From: Bdellovibrionales bacterium
GTDB lineage: Bacteria > Bdellovibrionota > Bdellovibrionia > Bdellovibrionales > UBA1609
DNA: 64,000 nucleotides
Assembly (NCBI GenBank): GCA_023299885.1
Contig: JALZUS010000027.1
Location: 16,021 to 80,020, forward strand
Reading direction: 5' to 3'
Shown here: positions 37,767 to 45,521 of the stretch, one piece after another
Position numbering within the stretch: the first letter of the stretch is position 1
Layout of the letters: each line of letters begins with the position of its first letter
Position numbers and translations under genes: made by a program
Notes under the pieces: model-generated
Told to the model about the DNA's origin: nothing
Databases searched by the model: none
The model's input: only the letters and a program-made list of their open reading frames with translations

Positions 37767-38756
37767 ATGACTATGGAGAGAGTAATAGACAGTGAAAAAA
37801 CGGCGGCAGAAACTGCAGAAAACAGTTTAAGGCCCAAGCAATTTAGTGATTTTCCGGGGCAAGAAGTTGTAAAAGAGAAGTTAAAAGTTTTTGTTCAAGC
37901 GGCCACTCAACGTGAAGAGCCCTTAGACCATGTCTTATTAAGTGGGCCTCCTGGCTTGGGTAAAACGACATTAGCTCATATTTTAGCTAACAGTTTAGAA
38001 GTTCCTTTTAAGTCGACATCAGCTCCAGCACTTCATAGAAAAGGTGATTTAGCTGCTATACTAACAAGTTTAGCTCCTAATTCAGTACTTTTTGTTGATG
38101 AAATACATAGGCTTAGTAGAGATGTAGAAGAGTATCTTTATAGTGCCATGGAAGATTACTTTATTGATATCATTACAGGTGAAGGTTTAGGCGCAAGGTC
38201 TATGAGATTTCAATTGGTGCCTTTTACGTTAATAGGGGCCACAACAAGAGCGGGGTTATTGAAAGCTCCATTTAGAGATCGTTTTGGCATTATTGAACGT
38301 CTTTCTTTTTATGAGAAAGAGCCACTCACTCAAATACTCATACGTTCAGCTGAAATTTTAGGTATTGATGTTAGTGCAGACGGAGCTTTAGAAATTGCCA
38401 GGAGAAGTCGTGGTACTCCTAGGATAGCTAATCGCTTACTTAAGCGTGTAAGAGATTACGCGCAGGTAGCTAATAAAAAAATTATTGATGCAGAGTTAGC
38501 TAACTACGCGCTAAATAAGTTAGAGGTAGATCGACTTGGTTTAGACCAGATGGACCGTAGAATACTTAATTTAATTCATAATAAATTTACTGGTGGGCCA
38601 GTAGGTATAGATACCTTGTCAGCAGCACTTAGCGAAGAAGCAGATACTATAGAAGAAGTTTATGAGCCTTACTTGATACAAGAGGGTTTATTACAAAAGA
38701 CTCCAAGGGGTCGTATACTTACTGAGGCTGCGAAAAAACATATATCAGACTTTTAA
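37767..38756 (+). CDS. ruvB: Holliday junction ATP-dependent DNA helicase RuvB
   Basis: [12 protein letters not shown], Walker [10 protein letters not shown], Walker [10 protein letters not shown], and [16 protein letters not shown]. Confidence 0.96.
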   Translation: MTMERVIDSEKTAAETAENSLRPKQFSDFPGQEVVKEKLKVFVQAATQREEPLDHVLLSGPPGLGKTTLAHILANSLEVPFKSTSAPALHRKGDLAAILTSLAPNSVLFVDEIHRLSRDVEEYLYSAMEDYFIDIITGEGLGARSMRFQLVPFTLIGATTRAGLLKAPFRDRFGIIERLSFYEKEPLTQILIRSAEILGIDVSADGALEIARRSRGTPRIANRLLKRVRDYAQVANKKIIDAELANYALNKLEVDRLGLDQMDRRILNLIHNKFTGGPVGIDTLSAALSEEADTIEEVYEPYLIQEGLLQKTPRGRILTEAAKKHISDF

Positions 38757-38845
38757 AGTGATGCGGAAAATTGGTGTTTTTTAATATGTATCAAAATAGA
38801 CCGATTAGGCTTTATAAGCTTAATCAAACTAAACGAGGAAATCCT

Positions 38846-39547
38846 TTGAAGTACTTAATATTACTCTCTTTTTTATTATTGCCGACCTTATCTTTGGCTC
38901 AGCAAAGTTATGACCCATTTACAGATTTTAGTGAGTATGAAGAGGTCACTGAAGAAGAGGCTGATGTAAACTTTTTTAGAAACGGGCGGTTTGTAAGCTT
39001 AGGTTTAGTTGCAGGATACAGGGGAGTTACTTCTGATTTAGGAAAAGTTTATGACCCAGGTGTTTATTATGGGCTTCAGCTTAGCTACTTTTTTGATTTA
39101 CGCTTTGCCTTGCAGTTTTCATTTACAACAGGTCAAAATAAAATTGGCTTTGTGTCAGATAGCGGAAACACTCTTCAGGGCAATTCAGAGACCTTATTTG
39201 TGGGTATACATTTAAAGCATTATTTTAACACGGAAAACGTAACTAAAGGTTTAGCAAATTTAAACCCTTATATTTTGGGTGGTTATTCGTATGTAAGTCA
39301 AAGCACAAGGCTTTCTGATAGTGAGGCTTTTGGTGGAGACAATGCAAGTTCATTTGATATTGGTTTTGGTATCGAGTGGCCTATCATGAGAAACCAAAGT
39401 TATATTGGGTTTCAAGCTTTATATAACTTAGTAAACTTTCCTTTTGAGGGGCAAGAGCTAGTGATAAATGAAGGTAGTGACCGAACAGGCTTTGAGCCAG
39501 AAGGCGATATGTTTCATGTGGGCCTTATTTTTGGTACAAATTTCTAA
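38846..39547 (+). CDS. small outer-membrane beta-barrel protein
   Basis: AGGA followed by the TTG at 38846 gives MKYLILLSFLLLPTLSLAQQ (signal peptide). Alternating amphipathic beta-strands, aromatic girdle residues and a C-terminal ..GLIFGTNF. The longest ORF starts at 38771. Confidence 0.7.
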   Translation: MKYLILLSFLLLPTLSLAQQSYDPFTDFSEYEEVTEEEADVNFFRNGRFVSLGLVAGYRGVTSDLGKVYDPGVYYGLQLSYFFDLRFALQFSFTTGQNKIGFVSDSGNTLQGNSETLFVGIHLKHYFNTENVTKGLANLNPYILGGYSYVSQSTRLSDSEAFGGDNASSFDIGFGIEWPIMRNQSYIGFQALYNLVNFPFEGQELVINEGSDRTGFEPEGDMFHVGLIFGTNF

Positions 39548-39571
39548 ATATATGGAAGCGAGTAGTTCTTG

Positions 39572-40813
39572 ATGAAAATACAGATTATTTCTGTTTATGG
39601 ACGTGGTTTTTGGTTGGCTTCTGAACTTAAAAAAAGAAATTTTAAAGTTGAAATCATAGACATTACAGAGGCCTTTTCACATTGGAAGCCAGAAGACTTA
39701 AAAAGCCCTATTGGTGTGTTTTTTGATACTAAAATTACTTCTTCTCAGTGGGCAAGGATGAATTTAGAAGATGATTTCACACCTCAAGATATGGGTTTTT
39801 GTGTGTGGACTCCAGATGGCCCTTTGCATTTTAAGTCCAATTTACTTGAGCACTATTTGTCTGATTCTAGTCAGTTTACAAACATAGAAGAGTTACTCAC
39901 TCCACAAAAAAATGAAAAAAAGAACCAGTTTAAATGGTTAAAAAAACTAACTCCATTTGAGTTTGATGAAGAGTATAAGCAGATTTGGATGCTAAAGTTA
40001 TCAAGGCAGTTGGCCGCAACTTCATTAGGTCAGTTTGATGAAAATTTATCGAAACCCTACCTTAAGTTGCAAGCTGATTACTCTCCTGGGCATTTTGATT
40101 GGCAAAGCTATAAAAACTCTTTGAATTGGCTCGAGGAAAAAGGCATAGAATTAAGCTGCAAAAGTAATTTTAACCTGAACGATATAGATTTAACTAATGA
40201 TGCAATAACTTTTTTAACAGCTGAAGAGTTAATGTTTTCAGGTTTTAAAGCGGAAGATATAAAAAGCCTTTATGGGCTTAATGATGCTAAGCCTGACTGG
40301 GTTTGGACTAGAACACGTCTGCAAATAGACACTAAACTGCCTAAAAATATATTACCTGAATCTTTTTCAGTCATAGAGTCTTTAGAGGTGCCATTGACTC
40401 ACTCTAATTTACTTATGGTTTACAAAGCTAAAGAAGAAGGTATTTGGGATGTCTACTATAGAGTTCCTCATTGGTATGAAGATGACGCAGACTTAGTTAA
40501 AATGCTGGAAGATGATATTAAAAAAACTATAGAAAAAAAGATACCAACATCTATTGTAGAGTTTGTTGAGTCTTCAACTATAAATATGAAGCACAAGCAA
40601 AGAGGGCCTATGCCTTACTGTTTGTACTCTGAAGATAAAATTAAAAAATTTAAAAAGCCAAAAGTAAAAAACTTTATCAATTTAAGTCATGAAGTTTGGC
40701 CTACACTAGATTGGTCTGGGCGCTTAGAGGTTCAAAAAGAATACTTAGAGTCTGTGATTAATGGGCTTTTGCAGCCAGGAAGTAAAAATGATAAAACGCT
40801 ATTCAAGAGATAA
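39572..40813 (+). CDS. hypothetical protein with a degenerate N-terminal Rossmann-like beta-alpha-beta
   Basis: 413-414 aa. KIQIISVYGRGFWLASELKKRNFKVEIID resembles a dinucleotide-binding fold, but the third Gly of GxGxxG is missing. The 3-prime end overlaps purB by 26 nt. Confidence 0.6.
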   Translation: MKIQIISVYGRGFWLASELKKRNFKVEIIDITEAFSHWKPEDLKSPIGVFFDTKITSSQWARMNLEDDFTPQDMGFCVWTPDGPLHFKSNLLEHYLSDSSQFTNIEELLTPQKNEKKNQFKWLKKLTPFEFDEEYKQIWMLKLSRQLAATSLGQFDENLSKPYLKLQADYSPGHFDWQSYKNSLNWLEEKGIELSCKSNFNLNDIDLTNDAITFLTAEELMFSGFKAEDIKSLYGLNDAKPDWVWTRTRLQIDTKLPKNILPESFSVIESLEVPLTHSNLLMVYKAKEEGIWDVYYRVPHWYEDDADLVKMLEDDIKKTIEKKIPTSIVEFVESSTINMKHKQRGPMPYCLYSEDKIKKFKKPKVKNFINLSHEVWPTLDWSGRLEVQKEYLESVINGLLQPGSKNDKTLFKR

Positions 40814-42083
40814 AATGAGTCAAATATGGAGTCTGGAAAACAGATTCAATAATATGCTTAAGGTTGAAGTTGCTGTTGCTAAAGCTCAGTCAGAAGCAGG
40901 AATTATTCCTAAAAAGGCCGCTTTAGATATATCTAAAAATGCTACATTTAAAGTTTCAAGAATTGCTAAAATAGAAGAGAAAACAAAACATGATGTTATA
41001 GCTTTTGTAACTAATTTAGCTGAAAATGTAGGGCCTAATGGAAGGTATATACATTACGGTATGACTTCTTCTGATGTGCTCGATACAGCCCTGTGTTTAC
41101 AAATAAGAGACGGCTATAAAGAGCTAGAGCTTTCATATAAGAAAATTATTAAATCTTTAAAAAAACAGGTGAAAAAATATGAGTCTACAATCTGTACTGG
41201 GCGTACTCATGGTATGCATGCCGAGCCAACAACATTTGGTTTAAAGCTTTGTGGGCATTTAGTCGAAATGGATCGCCATTGGGAAAGAGTGACAAAGGCT
41301 TATAAGCAAATACAAATTTGCAAGTTAAGCGGTGCTGTTGGTACTTTTTCTTCTCAGTCTCAGCAAGTAGAACAAAAAGTAGCAAAATCATTAAAGCTAA
41401 AGAGAGAAGTGATAGCGACTCAAGTTATACCTAGGGATAGGCATGCAGAATTAATCTGTGCCATTAGTTTTTTAGGGGCAGGTCTTGAAAGGCTTGCTAT
41501 TGAACTGAGGCATTTGCAAAGGACTGAAGTGGCGGAAGTCCATGAGGGGTTTTCTAAAGGGCAAAAAGGTTCTAGTGCAATGCCTCATAAAAAGAACCCA
41601 ATAAGTAGTGAAAACATAACAGGTGTAGCAAGGCTTTTAAGATCTTATGTGGGCCCAGCTATGGAAAATATAGCTCTTTGGCATGAAAGAGACATTAGTC
41701 ACTCATCTGCTGAAAGGGTTATTATGCCCGATGCTTTTATTTTAGCCGACTATGCTTTAAATAGAATGGCAGGAGTTGTTGAGAATTTAGTAGTCGATAA
41801 AAAAAGAATGATAGAAAATATGAATTTATCACAAGGGCAAATCTTTAGTTCTCATTTGTTGTTAGCCTTAGTAGATAAAGGCTTAAAAAGAGAAGACGCT
41901 TATAAAGAGGTTCAGTCTTGCAGTCACTCCCTTAAGCCAAATGAAAACTTAAAAGATAAAATAAGTGCAAACAAAAAAATATCAAATTTACTCAGTAAAA
42001 AAGAGATAGAAGATATTTTTTCTGGAAAAAGACATTTAAAAGAAGTTCCTAAAGTTATTAAAAGAGCTTTGAAGGGCTTATAG
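40788..42083 (+). CDS. purB: adenylosuccinate lyase
   Basis: The ATG at 40788 gives MIKRYSRDKMSQIWS.ENRF, colinear with B. subtilis-type PurB. Lyase signature GSSAMPHKKNP. Confidence 0.95.
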   Translation: MIKRYSRDKMSQIWSLENRFNNMLKVEVAVAKAQSEAGIIPKKAALDISKNATFKVSRIAKIEEKTKHDVIAFVTNLAENVGPNGRYIHYGMTSSDVLDTALCLQIRDGYKELELSYKKIIKSLKKQVKKYESTICTGRTHGMHAEPTTFGLKLCGHLVEMDRHWERVTKAYKQIQICKLSGAVGTFSSQSQQVEQKVAKSLKLKREVIATQVIPRDRHAELICAISFLGAGLERLAIELRHLQRTEVAEVHEGFSKGQKGSSAMPHKKNPISSENITGVARLLRSYVGPAMENIALWHERDISHSSAERVIMPDAFILADYALNRMAGVVENLVVDKKRMIENMNLSQGQIFSSHLLLALVDKGLKREDAYKEVQSCSHSLKPNENLKDKISANKKISNLLSKKEIEDIFSGKRHLKEVPKVIKRALKGL

Positions 42084-42084
42084 T

Positions 42085-42936
42085 ATGGGTCACTTATTAA
42101 AAAAAGGTGACCTTATAGATATAGTGGCTCCTTCTTCAAAACTAGATAAAGAAATACTAAAAAAGGGCATCCAGTTTTTAGAAAACAAAGGCTATAGAGT
42201 TAGAGTTCCAAAAGGTTTATTTGGTAAATCCTACTTTTCTGCAAATACGGTGGAAATGCGACTTAAACATTTTAAGGCGGCGGCTCATGCTAAAGACTCT
42301 GGGGCTTTATGGTGTGCTCGAGGCGGTTATGGTTTAACAGAACTCATGCCAAGCTTTGTAAAGTTTAAGCCAAAATATAAAAAAACAATTATAGGTTATA
42401 GTGATATTTCGTTGCTGCTTAATTGGTCTTCTTCCCAGTGGGGTTGGAAGGCTATACACTGGAGAATGCTTGGAGAGCTGTGCCGTGGTGATTTTAGAAA
42501 ATCAGAGTGGAAGCAGTTATGCCAATTATTTGATGTTGAAAAAAATAATCTTAAAGTTAAACCACTTAATGGGGCGCCAGAAATAGTTAAATCTAAGAAG
42601 ATATATGGCGGTAACTTAGCTGTTATTGCTAAATCTGTAGGGACGCCTTGGTGCTTATCTAAGCAAGTAAAAGGAAAGCCTATTTTATTTTTAGAAGATG
42701 TCGGGGAGCGAGGCTACCAAGTGCATTCTTATTTAATGCAGCTTGAGCAATCAGGGGTTTTAAAAAAGTTTTCAGCTATCTATTTTGGCGACTTTACGAA
42801 TGCTTATGAGCCAGGCACTAAAAAATCATTAGTTAATGAAGCTATAAAGTCTTTTTCAAAATATAAAAGCTTACCAATGTATTGGAAAGCTCCTGTGGGC
42901 CACGGTAAAAAGCACCAGCCTTTTATTATAGGTTGA
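42085..42936 (+). CDS. ldcA: LD-carboxypeptidase (peptidase S66, muramoyltetrapeptide carboxypeptidase)
   Basis: 283 aa. GDLIDIVAPSS N-terminus, nucleophile block IIGYSDISLL, and a C-terminal ..PVGHG. Confidence 0.85.
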   Translation: MGHLLKKGDLIDIVAPSSKLDKEILKKGIQFLENKGYRVRVPKGLFGKSYFSANTVEMRLKHFKAAAHAKDSGALWCARGGYGLTELMPSFVKFKPKYKKTIIGYSDISLLLNWSSSQWGWKAIHWRMLGELCRGDFRKSEWKQLCQLFDVEKNNLKVKPLNGAPEIVKSKKIYGGNLAVIAKSVGTPWCLSKQVKGKPILFLEDVGERGYQVHSYLMQLEQSGVLKKFSAIYFGDFTNAYEPGTKKSLVNEAIKSFSKYKSLPMYWKAPVGHGKKHQPFIIG

Positions 42937-42967
42937 TTATAAGTCATCACTCGCTAAAATATTACTA

Positions 42968-44035
42968 ATGGCTAAAAAAGAAGAATTCTTAAAAGTTTTG
43001 TATTATCAGCTCACCAAAAGTGATGACTATAGCTATGAAAAGCTGCAGAAAGAAATACTTAAATATACAGAGTCATTACAGCTTCATATATTAAAAAAAG
43101 GTGTTAAAAAACTAAGCTTAAGCGTTGGAAAAAAGTATAAATTTTATGATTTAGCATCGCTCACTAAAGTCATGTTTGCTGTTTCTGCTGTAGCTTACTT
43201 AATAGAAAACAATGTTTTAGGAATTAATGATAAAGTTTCTAAGTATTTACCTTGGCTTCCCTTTAAAGACTTGAAAATAAAAGACTTATTAAACCATAAT
43301 TCTGGGTACCCAGCTTGGGAGCCTATTTATAAGTACTTAAAAGAGAAGGCTAAGAGTAATCCAGATAAATGGGTCACAGTGGCTCAGTTTATTTACCAAA
43401 CAAAGCGTAAAAGTAAAAAACCATTGTATTCAGATGTAGGCTTTGTGCTTTTAGGTTTGGTTCTTCAAGAGGTGACCGGGCTAGCCCTTGATAAATTATG
43501 GAAAACAATAAAAAAGAAAACAAATCCAAAAGAGGAAGTTTTCTTTTTGCCAGGAAATATTACAAAGGGCTCTAAAAAATCTTATGCTCCTACAAAAAGG
43601 ACTCAAGGGGCTAAAGAAGACTGCCAAGGTGTTGTTAATGATTTAAACGCCTATAGTTTGGATGGTGTCTCTACCCATGCCGGGCTTTTTGGTACGCCAG
43701 ATGCAATAGTAGAGTGGCTTAAGATGTCACGTAAAAATATCAAAACCAATAAAACTTGGAAAAAACTATTTAATCCTAAATCTACTAAATCAATATGGAT
43801 TAATGGTTTTATGAAGCCAGACAAAGATAACTCAGCAGCAGGGGACTTAATGTCTAGAGGGCAATCTATAGGGCATTGGGGCTTTACGGGGCCTTCTGCA
43901 TGGATGGATTTAGAGAATGATGTACAAATTGCTGTAGCTGCAAATAGAAAATTACCTGATGAAAAAAATAACTTTAAAATATTACGCCGTGCTTTGCATG
44001 ATGCTGTTATTAAGTATTACGGAGAAAAAAAGTAA
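42968..44035 (+). CDS. beta-lactamase-fold serine hydrolase (possible AmiE-like MurNAc-L-Ala amidase or AmpH-like enzyme)
   Basis: SxxK motif (DLASLTKVM), YSD (Y-x-N-like) in PLYSDVGF, and a HAG box (STHAGLFG). It lies between ldcA and mpl. Confidence 0.7.
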   Translation: MAKKEEFLKVLYYQLTKSDDYSYEKLQKEILKYTESLQLHILKKGVKKLSLSVGKKYKFYDLASLTKVMFAVSAVAYLIENNVLGINDKVSKYLPWLPFKDLKIKDLLNHNSGYPAWEPIYKYLKEKAKSNPDKWVTVAQFIYQTKRKSKKPLYSDVGFVLLGLVLQEVTGLALDKLWKTIKKKTNPKEEVFFLPGNITKGSKKSYAPTKRTQGAKEDCQGVVNDLNAYSLDGVSTHAGLFGTPDAIVEWLKMSRKNIKTNKTWKKLFNPKSTKSIWINGFMKPDKDNSAAGDLMSRGQSIGHWGFTGPSAWMDLENDVQIAVAANRKLPDEKNNFKILRRALHDAVIKYYGEKK

Positions 44036-45465
44036 TGGATTTTATGGATTTTAAAAACTTAAAGCCTAGTTCGCATGTTCATTTTATGGGTATTTGTGGG
44101 ACAGCTATGGGAAGCCTTGCTGGTATTTTTCATAGCCTAGGTTACAAAGTCACAGGGAGTGATAAAAATGTATATCCACCTATGTCTACTCAGTTAGAAA
44201 AACTAGGCATAGAAATCATGCAAGACTACAAAAAGGAAAACTTGATCCCTAAGCCTGACTTTGTTGTAGTGGGTAACGTTATCTCTAAAAATTTTGAAGA
44301 GGCTGAAGCGCTATTATCTACAGACATTCCTTATACAAGTTTACCAAGTACAATTGGTGAGTTTTTAATAGACGATAGGCATTCAGTTGTTATTTCTGGG
44401 ACTCACGGCAAAACGACAACCACATCTATGATGACATGGATGGCAGAGTGCTGTGAGTATAAGCCTGGTTATTTAATTGGTGGTGTCCCAGAAAACTTTG
44501 ATTACTCATTTAGAGCACCTAAAGATTCTGATTTTTTTATTATAGAAGGTGATGAGTATGACACGGCCTTTTTTGATAAAGTCCCTAAGTTTTTGCATTA
44601 CAGGCCAAAATCATTAGTTATTACAAGTATAGAGTTTGATCATGCAGATATTTATGAAAGTTTAGACCAAATTAAAGAAGGCTTCATTAAGCTGGTGGGG
44701 TTAGTCCCTGAAGATGGCTTAATAGTTATTAATGCTGATGATGAGAATATTAAAGATGTTATAAGCCGTTCAAAAGTAAAAGCTAAGATAGTAGGTTATG
44801 GTGAAGAATCAGGAGATTATCAAATTATAAACCGCGATGTAGTGTCGGGCCGAAATCAATTTAGCATTAAGCATAAGGGCAAGAATATTGCTGATATAGC
44901 TATTAAGTTAATGGGCTCGCACAATGCTATGAATGCAACAGCGGCTTTTGTAGTAGCTACTGAAAACAAATGGAATAGCCGTCAAGCATTACAATCATTA
45001 GCTTCTTTTAAAGGGGTTAAGAGAAGGCAGCAGGCTTTAGGTGAACCTAATGGTATTTTGGTTCTAGAAGATTTTGCTCATCATCCCACAGCAGTGAAAT
45101 TAACTTTAGAGGCCTTAAAAGAAAGCTATAAGGGTCGAAAGCTTTGGGCTGTTTTTGAGCCAAGGTCAGCCACATCAAGGCGTGCTATTTTTCAAGATGA
45201 CTATGCAAAGGCTTTTCGTGCGGCTGACGAGGTGGTTATTTATAAAGCTAGTAATCAAGAAAAAATAAGTGAAGACAATAGATTAAGCTCTCAAAGTTTA
45301 GTAGATGATATTAAAACTAACGGAACTAGTGCTGTTCTAGGTACAGATGTAGGCGACATATTATTAAGCCTTAAAGAAAAAACAAAGTCAGGGGACTTGG
45401 TTATTCTTATGAGTAACGGTGGCTTTGATGGGATCTATTCTAAAATTATAGATGTTTTGTCTTAA
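44035..45465 (+). CDS. mpl: UDP-N-acetylmuramate:L-alanyl-gamma-D-glutamyl-meso-diaminopimelate ligase
   Basis: HFMGICGTAMGSLAGIF N-terminus and the Mur-ligase P-loop GTHGKTTTTSM. 476 aa. Colinear with E. coli Mpl. TAATG overlap with the upstream gene. Confidence 0.88.
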   Translation: MDFMDFKNLKPSSHVHFMGICGTAMGSLAGIFHSLGYKVTGSDKNVYPPMSTQLEKLGIEIMQDYKKENLIPKPDFVVVGNVISKNFEEAEALLSTDIPYTSLPSTIGEFLIDDRHSVVISGTHGKTTTTSMMTWMAECCEYKPGYLIGGVPENFDYSFRAPKDSDFFIIEGDEYDTAFFDKVPKFLHYRPKSLVITSIEFDHADIYESLDQIKEGFIKLVGLVPEDGLIVINADDENIKDVISRSKVKAKIVGYGEESGDYQIINRDVVSGRNQFSIKHKGKNIADIAIKLMGSHNAMNATAAFVVATENKWNSRQALQSLASFKGVKRRQQALGEPNGILVLEDFAHHPTAVKLTLEALKESYKGRKLWAVFEPRSATSRRAIFQDDYAKAFRAADEVVIYKASNQEKISEDNRLSSQSLVDDIKTNGTSAVLGTDVGDILLSLKEKTKSGDLVILMSNGGFDGIYSKIIDVLS

Positions 45466-45469
45466 CAGT

Positions 45470-45501
45470 AAAAAACCCTAAAGAAAGCTTTAGGGTTTTT
45501 T
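45470..45501. terminator. bidirectional rho-independent terminator between convergent mpl and the tyrosinase-like gene
   Basis: A6, then CCCTAAAG (45476-45483), loop AAAG, CTTTAGGG (45488-45495), then T6. Confidence 0.8.
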
Positions 45502-45521
45502 ATTGAATGAGTTACTGCTGG

